From Vicugna vicugna (taxonomy: Eukaryota), in contig MU058387.1 of NCBI GenBank assembly GCA_013265495.1, positions 1 to 64,000 of the forward strand: 64,000 bases of DNA, read 5' to 3'. The stretch's first letter is position 1, and each line of letters begins with the position of its first letter. A model generated the notes under the pieces. That model was not told where the DNA came from and ran no database searches. It was given only the letters and a program-made list of their open reading frames with translations. The position numbers and the translations under genes are program-made. Shown here piece by piece: positions 1 to 12,719 of the stretch.

Positions 1-48
1 AGAGGGTGAGCTACAAGCATCCTTCTACTCTGCCATCTTGCTTCTGTC
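1..48 (-). mobile_element. 5' terminus of a LINE-1 that extends leftwards out of the window
   Basis: Minus strand reads AAGCAAGATGGCAGAGTAGAAGGATGCTTGTAGCTCACCCTCT, the CAAGATGGC (YY1-site) start typical of L1 5' UTRs, with CpG decay. Confidence 0.6.
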
Positions 49-1588
49 TTCAGTATATTTTCAATGGAATTATACTACCCAACTCATGCCTCCTTTGTAA
101 ATGGAAGCAAAACAAATTACTCTCCCAACAGCACAAGACATTTTATTTCCTCTGTTGAAAAGAGCCCTAATGTACTAATTTATAAGAATATATACTTCAT
201 CTTCCAGAAATATTTTATACTACATATAGAAATTATCCATCTTTGGATTCAGCAAAATTCTGAAGTAACAGAAATAAATCCCAGGGTAAGGAGGAGGTCT
301 AACATCTGACTAGTGCACCCTACAACGTGAGAACCATATGCACCTGCCATGAACAGGCTACCATCGTGGCTCACAGAACGTCTCCACTGACAAATCCACC
401 TACACTATTTCAGGAAAGTAGCCAATGGCTTTTTCAATTTTTCCAAATATATCTCCAGAGCTGTTTTGCATTGTTATTTTTTGTACAGGTTATCCACTTT
501 CTTCCTCTCACACATAAAGCTCATATAGTCTGCTTTAATTTAAGAAAGAGATAGTCTTGTTTGGTTTCCATTTCAGAATCGTGGCACTTTGGAAACAAAT
601 GATGCCAAGAGTCTCAAAAACTCAGGGGTAGGTGGCATCATATGGCTTACCAATTCAATGCCGTAACTTTTATATAAAGTTTCATTTACTGAGCAGATGG
701 TGGCTAATGTTGTCAATGTGTTTCTACATGCAATAGAGCACACTGGTACACAGAGAACAAGCATTGAAGTACCTTCCCTGCCAAAGTTAAGGCTAAATTT
801 TGTTCTTGGACAGAGAAAATATTTGACAATGGAGCCCTGGGCAATTCTGCTGGTAAGAGCCTGAAGTTACCATGAAAAGGAAATCAGTTTGTCAGTGGGG
901 GTGAGGATGGGGAATAAAATGCTGATGCAGGGCTGGAGGGTATATATAATAGCTTTTTCCTCCTTCATTTTCCATTTTTACTAACATGTCCTTCATAATC
1001 AAGAGCATGTCATTCAGCTTTAGAATAGGCATAGATGTGAACTGTATTTATATTGATTACAGGAGCAAAATTCAATATGAACAAATAGCAACAACAAAAA
1101 AAAGATGGCAAAGATAAACTGGCCATATGCTACAGAAGAGAAAACTGATGTGATATGCCCATTTCAAACAAAATAGACTTTAAGATAAATGCTTTATTGG
1201 AGATAAAAATTTCAAGTCAGCAAGATGTTATAATAAACAGACATTAAATCAACATAGTAAATTCACAAATAAAACTTTAGAATATAGAAATTGGTAATTC
1301 CATTATTGAGGTGAGACACTTAAATAGATTTTTATTGATAATTCAGAGGACAAAAGACTGCATTTTTGTAAGATTTTAGGAGATTTGAATAGCAAAATTA
1401 GAAGCTCAGTTTAATGGGCATATGGACAGCCATGCTCCCAAGAAAGAAAACATCCATATTTTTTAGAGCATACAAGAAACATTTATGAAAGATGATATTA
1501 TCTTAGGTCAAAATCCTCAATACAGTTAAATGAATCACGTAGAGTATGTTTGCTCTATATTGTCATTGAATTAGGAATTAATGACAAA

Positions 1589-2057
1589 TAAAAAAGAATA
1601 AAATAATGTGATTTGCAGCAACATGGATGGACATGGAGACTGTCATTCTAAGTGAAGTAAGCCAGAAAGAGAAATAAAACTACCATATATATCACTTACA
1701 TGTGGAATCTTAAAAAAAAAAAGAGAGAGAGAAAGAAAAAAAAAAGGACACTAATGAACTCATCTAAAAACAGAAACAGACTTGCAGACATAGTAAACAA
1801 TCTTATGATTACCGGGGGAAATGGGGTGGGAAGAGATTAATTTGGAAGTTTTAGATTTGCAAATGTTAACCACTATATATACAAATAGATAAAAAAAAGT
1901 CTTCTGTATAGCACAGGGAACTATATTCAATATCTTCTAATAGCCTTTAATGAAAAAGAATATGAAAACAAATGAATGGATACACATGCATGGCTGGGAC
2001 ATTATGCTGTACACCAGAAATTGACACATTGTAACTGACTATACTTCCATAAAAAAT
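1589..2057 (+). mobile_element. 5'-truncated lineage-specific L1 3' end
   Basis: TTTGCAGCAACATGGATGGAC...CTAAGTGAAGTAAGCCAG...TGTACACCAGAAATTGACAC...A tail; 14-bp TSD GAATTAAT(G/C)ACAAA at 1575-1588 and 2058-2071. Confidence 0.9.
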
Positions 2058-2276
2058 GAATTAATCACAAAAATATATGAAAAAGCCTTATATTAGAAAA
2101 TACATAAGTGCTATGAATAGTTCATATGTCATACATAGATGACATTACAAATGAAAAATTGAAAACATTTAGGACTGGGATATTATAAAATCACTTTCTA
2201 TGAAAGTATATGACACAATTCTAGTGGCACTTTAAGAAAAATTTATGACATTTATATGCTTATAGTAGAAAAGAAG

Positions 2277-2658
2277 TGAATTAGTCAGCTAAAGCTGCCA
2301 TAGCAAAGAACCACAGGCCGAGTGGCTTCAACAAAAGAAATTTACTTTCTCACCTTGATTGAGATGAGATGTCAGCGGACTTGGTTTCTCTTGAAGCCTC
2401 TTTCCTTGGCTTTCAGATGGCCACCTTCTTGTTGTGTTGGCAGATGGTCTTTCCTCCCTGAATGTGGCTTTTGTGCGAATACAAAATCCTCTTCTTGTAA
2501 GGATGCCCTTCAGACTGGATTAGGATGCACCCTGATGGCCTCACTTAACTCAGTCACCATTTTAAAGGGCCCATCTTCAAATACCGTCACATTTTGAGGG
2601 ACCATGGGTCAGGGCTTCAACATATGAGTCTGGAGGGGATACAATTCAACCTAAAACA
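2277..2658 (-). mobile_element. MaLR solo LTR (MLT1A-D-like)
   Basis: TG...CA ends; GCTGCCATAGCAAAGAACCACAG and GGGGATACAATTCAACC motifs; exact 5-bp TSD AGAAG at 2272-2276 and 2659-2663. Confidence 0.85.
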
Positions 2659-2793
2659 AGAAGAAAATCTGTTACTTAATGAACAATGTTTCATACATAA
2701 CTAATTGCAAAACAATCAATAATGCTACCAAAACAAGCAGAATTAAAGACACTAAAGCAAAGAAAAATCAATGGAATATAAAACCAGACAATA

Positions 2794-2954
2794 GAGAGGC
2801 AGGTATAGCTCAGTGGTAGAGCACGTGCTTAGTATGCATGAGGTCCTGGGTTCAATCCCTAGTACCTCTGCCAAAAATAATAAAAATAAATAAATAAATG
2901 AACTTAATTACCTCCTTCCACCAAAAATAAATAATTTTTAAAAAAATTTAAAAA
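2794..2954 (+). mobile_element. Vic-1-type camelid SINE (tRNA-Ala-derived)
   Basis: GGTATAGCTCAGTGGTAGAGC (A box) ... GGTTCAATCCC (B box), followed by an A-rich tail with TAATTACCTCC; flanking direct repeat ATAAAACCAGA at 2778-2788 and 2955-2965. Confidence 0.9.
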
Positions 2955-3086
2955 ATAAAACCAGAGACACATGAGTGAAAATCAAAATACAAAAGGCAAA
3001 TCTTTGAAAAGACTAATAACTAAAAATACATAAACAAACATCAGGCATGATTGCTCAAAAAATACAGATGCCATAAATAAGTAATA

Positions 3087-3182
3087 AAGTCAGCCCCCCA
3101 TATTTGCAGGTTCTGCATTCTTGAATTCAACCAAACTTAGATCAAAAATATTTTTTAAAATTACAGGAAGTTCCAAAAAAAA
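3087..3182. mobile_element. Terminal fragment of a Tigger/MER2-group DNA transposon
   Basis: TA followed by AGTCAGCCCCCCATATTTGCAGGTTCTGCATTCTTGAATTCAACCAAAC...AAAATATT...GAAGTTCCAAAAA, resembling a Tigger terminal repeat; the other end was not seen. Confidence 0.65.
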
Positions 3183-3189
3183 TTAACTG

Positions 3190-5150
3190 TCCTTCTTTCT
3201 TGCTCTAATTCTTTGACCTCCTTGACATATTTTCTTGCTGAAGATTTCACCACTTGGCTCAAAATCAACTTTCTCCACCTTTGCTCCTATTACCATTCTT
3301 GGGGACTTCAATATATTGGAAGCCCTGAATGATCTGTACAGCACTCAGGGCTTCAATTTCCTTGGACTCTTCATGTCTAGTGGTCGATTACTTCACCTTG
3401 ACTTGACCATTATCAGGGTCATATGATCAACTTCTGAAATTTCAAGTATAATATTGAAATTTCTCACCTCACCTCCACTTCTCCAGGTGACCTACCTTTC
3501 TCTTTTGCAACACTCCTTTCACCTTATTGAGAAGCCCTCTTCATTGATCTGCTTAAGTCTGTCTAGCCACCATTCTCTTAAGGTCATTAATTCCTTCTTT
3601 ATTCATCTTAGATTACATGGTACCTCAGTATAAAATTTCCTTGAAAATATTTTCAAATCTCTTGACCCTTTCTCCTTCTGTTGTTCTTTCCTGAAAACAT
3701 TACATCTATTTAAACATCTACCTTTCTGGGTCTGTATTCAAGCAACTACACATGGCTGGAGATAACGAATAACTGAGCTTAAGAGAATTTAAACTTAGCC
3801 CCTCGAATATCAAATTGGCAATCTCATTCTATCCCCATCTAATGTTTATTTTGCATCTACCCTAAAATTATTTTATGTATTCCACTCTCCCCTGAAATCT
3901 AGAACATCACATCCCTCTTCCCATCAATTCAAAGCAATTGGAAGGAATCTATTTACTTTATTCCTACTCCACAAGCCTACTTGCATTTCGTCTCATGCTC
4001 TCTGGCTTTTTTCTTTTCTATTACAAAATATAACATTGCAACAAGCTGATCAATGTCCAAACTTTTCATTGGCACTCTGGATTCCATTCCTTCCAGTTTT
4101 CTCACAGTCTTATTACTGTTATTTCCTCTCTCACCTAAATCATGATTTTCTCCACTGACCCTGATTCATTCCCAGTGGCATATAAACATGCTCTAAAATT
4201 CATCATTTTAAAAATGTACCAATCCTTCTATATATCCTCCAACTCCATTAGGTCTCTGATCCCCTTCTCAACAAAACCTTTTAAAGCATTAACTATTGTT
4301 ACTACTCGTCTTTCCTTTTTCTCCTCCTCTGGATCAACCCAGCTTCCGCATCCAACACTGAACGTGCCCTAATTGAGATTCTCAGTAACCCATATGATGC
4401 CACGTCTAACAACCAATTCTTTAAACTCATCTTTTTCCTCCCAGCAGCATTTGATATAGACACCCACTTTCTATTTCTTAAACAACAGTCTCTTGCATTT
4501 AAAAGCACTGTACATGTCTATTTTTATCTTTATTAATTTTCCACCACTGTTCCATCTCCTTTGTCCTCCACCTTCTGAAAGCTCATCATTCTAGCCTGAA
4601 CTATTTAAATCATCTCAGAACTTTTTACTTCATCATTAACTCCTGCATAATCTATCCCATGCAGACCATCCAGAGTTACCTTCTTTTCAGAACATAAATT
4701 ATGCCATATCACTTCCCTACTGAAAACTCTCAATTGCTTCCAATCACACACAGAATAAAGCTTAAACCTCCTGAATGACCTATAAGGGCTGTATGTGAGG
4801 GGTGCCTGGCTTGGCTTTTTGACCTCCTCCGCTTTCCTCATCACTGTCTTGGTAGAGTGCAGCCACGTGGGTCTTTTTCTTTTAGCCAAACACATCAAAT
4901 TTGTTCCTCCCTTAGGTCCTATGGACCTTCTGGATGTTCTCAGCCTGGAAGATTCCTCCTCTTATCTTTGTCAGTCTGACTTCTTTCCCCTTTCACCTCT
5001 GAGCTGTAGTGTTGCTGTCTCACAGAGAACTTTTCTGACCATCCAGAGTAAACCAGCCTCTTCTTTCATCTCGACTACCCTACCCCTCTGATTTTTTTGA
5101 TCTTCTAATACCATTTCATTTCTTATTTAAAATTCCCAATAATTTCTTGA
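3190..5150 (+). mobile_element. Long L2 LINE remnant (endonuclease region to 3' region)
   Basis: Pyrimidine-rich; ORF 3235-3426 contains the APE motif ILGDFN; L2 3'-type words CATATCACTTCCCTACTGAAAACTCTCAATTGCTTCC and AGAATAAAGCTTAAACCTCCT. Confidence 0.8.
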
Positions 5151-5329
5151 TATAAACATTATCATTACTGTGTTTATATAGACGCTAAAACCATGCTTCA
5201 GATTAGTTAAATGAATTGCATAAGTCGAACATTTAAGCAGTGGTGCAGCAGTGCTGTTCATCCCCTCAAATCATTACTGTTGGAATTTGCCATTCCACAC
5301 CCCAAATTAGATCTCCCCACCCCCCACAG

Positions 5330-5330
<1 letters not shown>

Positions 5331-5358
<28 letters not shown>
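5331..5358. repeat. (CA)14 microsatellite
   Basis: Read directly. Confidence 0.95.
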
Positions 5359-5360
<2 letters not shown>

Positions 5361-6187
5361 TTCTTTGTCCTTTACTTTATGTCACCTAGATTTAGGCCAG
5401 CCTATTTATCTAGGAAAGTATTGGGACAATGTATCGCTGTGTCTTTGTGAGTAAGAGAAGTGTTCAGCCTTTGATCAAACGTGACCGGTAATGATGGTTT
5501 CTGGATACCACTCTTTCAGACTTAAGCCGGGTTACTCTGAAATGCTTGGGTTAAACAATGACCCCACCTGCTCTGATGGAGCTAGATTTAGAAAGTTGAA
5601 ACACAGACCAAATTCTTCATACTAATGTTTACATTCTTTTAAACTGCCTTGAGTGTGATCACCCAGGGGACTGAGTATCCTGTTAGTTGAAAAATGCATG
5701 TATATGTGTATTTATAATATTAAGAGGTGGGGGTGAGAAGATAAAGGGGTGTGAAGAATTTAAAAGGCCACAACAATTTAGCAAACAATAAGTCTTTAAC
5801 CAGGAACACATGGTGTCTCACACCATGTGTAAAACATTAAAAGGAGAAAGAAAAGAAAAGAAAGGAAAAGATAGTGGGCATTGCGTTACAATGCGAAAAT
5901 ACAATAAAATGTCTTGTTTCACGATCACTTTGAGTAAAAATAAAAGCTGCTCTTGGTATAAATTTTCTAATTACTAATTGCGTTTACTTCTGCTTGCATT
6001 TATGTTAAACACACTGTAAAATATTCGCAGTTGAGTGCACAGACCACTTATCAGATTCAGCTCATGAACTCTGTAAATTACAAAAATGCTTTAGTGCATC
6101 AAGGAGTTTAAAAGGATAGCTGCCCAGTAATCTTTAGCTCTTCTAAAAGAAATAATGTTTAACTCACTTTAAAGATAGAGAAGGGTT

Positions 6188-6211
6188 TGTGTGTGTGTGT
6201 GTGTGTGTGTG
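6188..6211. repeat. (TG)12 microsatellite
   Basis: Read directly. Confidence 0.95.
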
Positions 6212-6320
6212 TTTTCTTGGTGTTTTTGTTCTTTGTTGTTTTTGCTTTAACTGTCATATCTCTCTCTAAGGGGAAAAAAAATGTCCCTTCAGATTTCTTT
6301 TCATATCTACCACTAGATAA

Positions 6321-6905
6321 TGTGGCAGGCAGCCTTCTAAAATGGTTTACAGCAATTCACGTCTTCTGTTACTCATGCCCTTGCTTAATTCCCTCCTGAT
6401 AAGTGCAGGCTGGACCTAGTAACTTGCTTTAAGCAAACTGAAAATGGCAAATGTGATTGGATATCACTTCCAAGATTAGGCTAGAAAAGCCAGTGACTTC
6501 TATCTGGCTGGCAAGCTTTCCTTCACTTGCAGCTCCTCTGCTCATTCACTTTGATGACGCACACTGCTGTCTGGGGAGGTCCATGTGGCAAGGTACTAAG
6601 AGTGACCTCACACAATAGGAAGGGAGAAACTTAAGCTCTCATTCCAACAGCCTAAGAGGAACTGAATTCTGCCAACAAACAGGTAAACCAGCTTGGAAGT
6701 AGACCCTTCCCCAGTGGGGCCTTCAGATGAGACTGTAGCCTAAGCTGTCACCTTCAGTGTAGACTTGTGAGAGACCCCAAATCAGTAAACCAGCTCAGTC
6801 GTGCCTGGATTCCCGGACCACAGTTACTGTGAGATCGTAAGTGTGTGCTGTTTAAGCCAATATGTTTTAGAGTCAATTGTTAGGAAGCAACAGATAACAC
6901 AGATA
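6321..6905 (+). mobile_element. MaLR solo LTR (MLT1E/F-like)
   Basis: TGTGGCAGGCAGCCTTCTAAAATGG start; GGCTGGACCTAGTAACTTGC, GGAACTGAATTCTGCCAAC, TGTTTAAGCC...GCAACAGATAAC end. Confidence 0.85.
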
Positions 6906-9900
6906 AACCAGATAGATAGAAAGCAAAGAATAATGTGCCTTCACCATTTCCTTAACCAATCATATCCAATATCAGGTTTTGTCTACTCTCCCAGATTCTA
7001 CTTCAGTCTGTTCAACCAAGCCATCATTTCCTCTTTAATCCCCATTAACATTTTCTTAAAATATTTCAACGTTTCCTAAGAGCTATGCCCATCTCCAGAC
7101 TGGTTGTTCCATTTCAACTTCTATAACGGCATTTCCCAAACTAATGCTCAAAAATTTTCTGGAAGGAAAAATTCCTCTCTCAAATCAATCTAGGATAGGC
7201 TGAGTATTTCATGCTCCTTTGGAGAGTTGTAACTGAAATTGTGATATTGTCATATATCTTAATACAATAAAGAGGCTTCCAATTTCATTTGACATTAAGA
7301 CTGCATTCTCTCTCAGAGTTTTTTTAAAAGCATTGATAACATTTTATGTGATCAATTTTGCCACAAAAGGAAAAAAGAAAAAGAAAAAAACCTCGTTTGA
7401 CAAGGAGTGTTCCAAGCTTCTGAAAGAATTTATTTTTTCTAAGATGCATATCAAATTATGTCACTGACTTGCTCAAAACACATTTTGACAATCTTATGTT
7501 ACTTACAGAATAGAGTACAAAGAAAGAATGCAAATAAAGCCATGTATGACCTGGACCAACCTCCCTGGGCTTTTCTCTTAGTTATTTATCCGACTTGCTG
7601 CTCTGCTCTGTTCCTTGCAGCCTCCGCTCCAGTCTTACAGAACTCCCGTTGGTTTGCTAACTGTTCTTTTGGTCTCGAGATCGCTAGTTTCCATTTGTGT
7701 TTCTTCATGAGAGCAGAGTGAACACTCTTGTTCATTCGCCCATCTCTCTCCCCGCAATGTTGTGACGAACTACGATTTGTTTTTTCTATTCACATCAAGT
7801 CTTTTAATTTATGCAGCAATTATATAGCTTGAAGGCTCTAAGGGATGGAACTTGTTTAATCTCTGAGCATATTCCTCAAAGGTAACGCTAACTTTTATAA
7901 CAAATGTTTGTGGAAGTTAAGGTCTACTTCCTTTTAATATTCACATACTCCTGATGGTAGAATCATTTCAGGTTCTAATTACACTGAGACTTTCTCTCTC
8001 CTTTTCTCTTTCAACTGCACTATATCCTGCCCACAAAAAAGCTTCTATCATTTTATTATATGTAATTATTTGTGTCTTTCTACTTATGATAGATAATAAT
8101 AGCCTTGAAGTCAGATAATGAGGCATTCATTTTTGTACCCTCACAGGGCTTAAAAATTTATGCTCAAAGAACACAACAGTCATTCATTCTCCCCCTTTAT
8201 TTGTTCAGCAAACTTTGATTTTTGAAATTAAAATCTCCCTGCTTTTCCCTTCCTCAAGTGTACTCTTTTCAATTATTTCTTACAGTTTTTATTCTGTCTG
8301 GTGCATTCTACTTCCAAGTTTTATGAGCGGATGCATCAAATTTTACTTTTAATAGTTTCTTATTTCCCTACTATCCTGTTTGGTCTTCTCCATTGTCACT
8401 TCCAGAGTGTTCTGATAATACCTGAGTTTGATGATGTATTCTCTTTTGTAGAAAAATACAAATAAAAATCTCTGGAATATCCTTTTTTTTACAGCAGATT
8501 TGTGAAAATGTTAAACATCCATGGCTTGAGTGCTAACAAAGCACAACATATAAATATAAATCAAGAGTTTATCTAAATCATGTTTTGTTAATCCTTGGCA
8601 TTCACATGTAGTGTTCACAAGTAAATTCTTTATCCAGTTTACGGATACATATTGTTGGAAGTAATCATATTGCCTAGATTATAAATGTTAAAACATATAT
8701 GTAAAAATAGAATTTGATGAAAAGTTACTTAATGGAACAATGGGATAAATACAACTATAAATGTCATTTATTTATAGCTTCGATGGTATCAATATTCATG
8801 AATTGTGAAACTGGTTGAATTTTTTTTGTTATATGCCACAGATCTAAAAAAAAAAGATTGCAAATATGCTATTTAGAAGGTTGATTTTATATCACACTCT
8901 AAGACATAATATCATACACTTTCATTAAGTAAGTTTCATTATTTAAGCCTCTATATGCATCCCATGTTTCACCCAAATTTCATTTGCTTTATTTTTTAAC
9001 TATATACTCTTACATAACCAGGAATAAAATTAGGACAGAAATAGAATCACGAATAAAAATCCTTTCATTGTTATGCTATTCCATTTACATGTTATCGTCA
9101 CAAAATATGCTAGGAATGTTTATGGAACAGGATAACGCCTTTTAAATGGTGATTGTAACATCTTTTCCCCATTTTTCAGAATAAATTTGAGCTGACTTAT
9201 TTTCAGTTTATAAAACTACTATTATTCAGCGGATAATAGTAAGGTTCCGAACCTACTGTAACAAATGCCTCACACCTGGAAAACCTTTTTTGATGTAAAC
9301 TAATAAAGCTGCTTGCCATAGCCGTCTCAAAGACACAGAAGCTAGTGGGACTCTGTGAACATCTGCCACTTAAGTCTTGCCATCACAGATTCCATATTTT
9401 AGTAATAACATCCCACATTTTTGGCAAAATTCTCTCCCTGCTGTATTCACACTGTTCTCCTACAGCTGCCCATCACAATATCCTGCTGACATAGGTTTGG
9501 ACAGATGAGCCAAGTGCGTTGTAACACACCTCTGAATCACAAGAACTGAAAACAGAGATGGTTGTATCACACAAGCAGGTCACTCCGTGTCCTGCCCTGG
9601 AATTTCCCTTACTGAGCACGAGAGGGAGGCTCCTTTCTTTCCTCTGGGTTGAGAGCTTCCAAATAGCCATGCCAGCTACTTGGAGAAGGCTGACGGATCA
9701 GACCAGCGCATCTGTAGAACGGAAGACCAAGTAGGGAGATGGAATTACATGCAAGCAATGTCATGCAACTCACTGTATCCAGTCATACACGCCTGGGGCC
9801 AAATGGACCCATATCCTTTCCAGTTTCATGGACCACTGTATTTCTTTAAGAACATTACTTTTTTTTGAATTAACTGTGTATCCTTTGAGTTTTCTCATTT

Positions 9901-10559
9901 GTGACCAAAAGAGCTTTCACTAAAATAAAATAGACATGTTGGAAGAAATGGCCAGGGACTGAGGGGGCCAGGTAAGAGAGGTGGGAGGGTGGCTAATAAG
10001 AGGAATGCCTTATGGAAAGTTAGAGTTCATTAACTCTGCCATTGTCTATTCAAAGAATTAAAGAAAACATCAAACAAATGGCCCAAAATGATAATATATT
10101 TAAATGGGCTCAAATTTGACATGAGTTAAGCTGCTATCTCAGATTGTCGACGGCTTAGAGACCTCACTTTAACGTCATGATGAGAGAAAGTCTTTCCAGG
10201 TGTTTCAGAGCAGTTAGGTTTATGGTGTGTCTGCATATATTTTAAGTCTAATGCAAATCATGTAAACGTAACACATGAAAGAGGAATGGAGGAATCTTTT
10301 TATTTGCTAAATAAAACTATCTGGGTGAGCTCTGGAGGTTGGATAAATGCAATGGAGCTAATGTGAAGCGATCAAATTGAGTCTAAAGTAAGAACCACTG
10401 AACTGCACTCTAGTCTCAGTTTATCTCTGAAATAACACATTTAGTTTAAATGCTCTTTCAGTCCTCAGTTACCATAATAATGCTGGGAACAAGCAGCCAA
10501 ACAAGGGACAAGTCACGGATCCCAGTGACAAGACAATACGGCTCACTAGTCTGCAGAAT

Positions 10560-11009
10560 GGCTGGGTGGTTACTCTGTTCTCAGGTGTGCCAATTCATGC
10601 CCCTGGGGCAGCTGCTGGTGGCCTGGGTGGCTTTGCTGCTATTGACTAGTTCTTTCACGTGTCAGGGTTTCTGGCTAGGATAACTTGGCTATTTTCTGCA
10701 TTGTCTCTCAATCTTCAGCAGGCCAATTTGCGCTGGTTCTCGTAGTGGCCAGCGACTGATAGACAGATAGAAAGAGACTTGAGAGAGAGAGAGAAAATGC
10801 ACACATTCTCATATTCTCCTTCCACCTAGACTCAGAACTGGCACAGTGTCCCTTTCTCTGCATTCTATTTGACAAAACAAGGCCATCCCAGCTTTAAAGA
10901 GAACGAAAATGGACTTCACTTGGAATGGCAGAAGTTGCAAAGTAACACTGCAAAGGGCACAGATGTAGGGGAGTGGAGAATTGGGGTCATTTTGCAACAG
11001 ATCTACACA
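10560..11009 (-). mobile_element. MaLR LTR (MLT1H/I-like)
   Basis: CTAGACTCAGAACTGGCACAGTGTC...CATTCTATTTG...TGCAAAGGGC...GAATTGGGGTCATTTTGCAA...CTACACA. Confidence 0.7.
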
Positions 11010-11024
11010 GATAACCTAGGAGAT

Positions 11025-11063
11025 TGTGTGTGTTTGTGTGTGCGTGTGTGTGTGTGTGTGTGT
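11025..11063. repeat. Interrupted (TG)n microsatellite
   Basis: Read directly. Confidence 0.9.
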
Positions 11064-12279
11064 CTGTTTTAGTTTCTGAAATTTCTAAATGCATCACTCT
11101 GTGTACTTTCCAAATAGCATTAAGTCATTATCACCCAGGGCTCATATATTCAACCTTGGATTCCACTCAGGAATGTTATAGGAAATGAATCGTGTTCATG
11201 TTGAAGTAATAAGTTATTTCCAATTTAAGTAAAAATACTCTCTACATGCCGAACAAAGATACAATTTATTTTGCTTCTGGAGAATTATACATTCATTCAT
11301 AAAGATCGATTTTCATCCACTTCCAGTCAAGAAGATCAAAAAAAGTCCTAGTAAAATTTCTGACTTGCCTGGATAAAGTGAATTTCGTAACAAGTTTCTA
11401 GGCTAAGGGAAGAAAAAGAATTATTACAGAGGGAAAGCAAGTAATACTAGCATCACACTATCCATCTGTAACACTAGATGTTATTAAAAATGGCAGAATG
11501 AAATCAAAGTACTACTGAGACAAAATGACTGTACCTAAGAATCCTATTACCAACCAATCTTAGTCATCTGTTCAGGATGAGAAATGTTAATATGGTCAAA
11601 AAAGTTACCATATCAGTCATTTACGACATCAGAGGAAAATGCTAGAGGTATATAACAAGCTAAATAAACTAAATTATAAGAGAAACTTCTATTTTAGGAG
11701 AAAATGACGAGGACAGGAAACAATGTAAACAGTAAATCTTAAAACACATACAGGTAAAAAATCCATGAGTAAACCTAGTGTCTGGGAATGTGTAGTGTAT
11801 AAGTGTTACATATGGATGAAGAAAGATAAACAATGCAAAGAGAAAACTTTACAAGAATCTGAAATTAACAGCACTAAAGTAGCCCGGGTTTGGAGGGAGA
11901 ATAAAGGAAAGGGGATGTCTGCTTTGACTAGGGTCGCATCAAATTTGCTTTAGCCATTATACGCATATTTAGAGGCTGTTCCATTCATCCTTCTCATAAA
12001 ACCATTGGAAAAGGTAGAAGCGCATGGTGATGAAGGTTACTTGCCTTCATGAGCAAAACCTCATGTGATACTAGTTGAATCACAATAGGCAAGTTACTTA
12101 ACAGATTTCTCATAATTAAAATGGAAAACATATTTGATCTGACTTGTAGAGTTGATATGAGGACCAAACAGAATAATATGAGAAAACTGATTAGCAAATC
12201 CCAGGCAGGCAGGGATTACATAAGTGTTAGCTGCTACTGTTCTACTGATCCTTCAGGAAAATCAGTATTTCCAAACAAT

Positions 12280-12710
12280 GACTGAGTTACAATTAACATA
12301 TAATAAGATACACCTACTTTAGAGGTAGACGCCATCGCTTTGATAAACATATACATTGTGTAACCACCATAATCAAGAAATAAAACATTTCTATGACCAT
12401 GAAAATTATCTCATGCTCCTTTACAATCTCTCTCTCATCCTCCAACACACACACACACACAGCCTTAAGGAAACTCTACATTTTTTGCACTATAGTAACA
12501 CTTCGCCTACTTTAGAATTTCATATCAATGAAATAACACAGGAGGTATACTTTGTTAAACTAACTTCTTTCACTGAAATTAATGATTCTCAGACTCATTC
12601 ATGTTTTGTATATACCCCTAATTTGTGCCTTTAATTACAGAGTGATATTTCACTGTATGGATATGCCATAATTTGATTATCCATTCACCTATTATGAGCA
12701 CCTGCTGAAT
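12280..12710 (-). mobile_element. Old L1 (L1MD/ME-like) 3' end
   Basis: TGTGTAACCACCATAATCAAGAAATAAAACATTTC, TTAGAATTTCATATCAATGAAAT, ACTGTATGGATATGCCATAATTTGATTATCCATTCACC. Confidence 0.8.
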
Positions 12711-12719
12711 CTTTTTCCA

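Larger units (their letters stand above)
1050..3085 (+). mobile_element. Old, degenerate L1 (L1M-type) ORF2 5' region, split by three younger insertions
   Basis: A-rich sequence with L1 ORF2-like words (ACAAAATAGACTTTAAG, AATCAATGGAATATAAAAC, TCTTTGAAAAGACTAATAAC); continuity resumes after each insert. Confidence 0.65.

Noticed and set aside
640..730. Minus-strand exon ending TTG|gtaagc
   Set aside because: Weak acceptor and no recognisable peptide
2798..2868. tRNA-Ala gene
   Set aside because: A and B boxes are present, but the acceptor stem is degenerate, and the A-rich SINE tail and flanking repeat show it is a SINE
3235..3426. Endonuclease gene (GDFN motif)
   Set aside because: Short fossil of the L2 APE domain with stops on both sides
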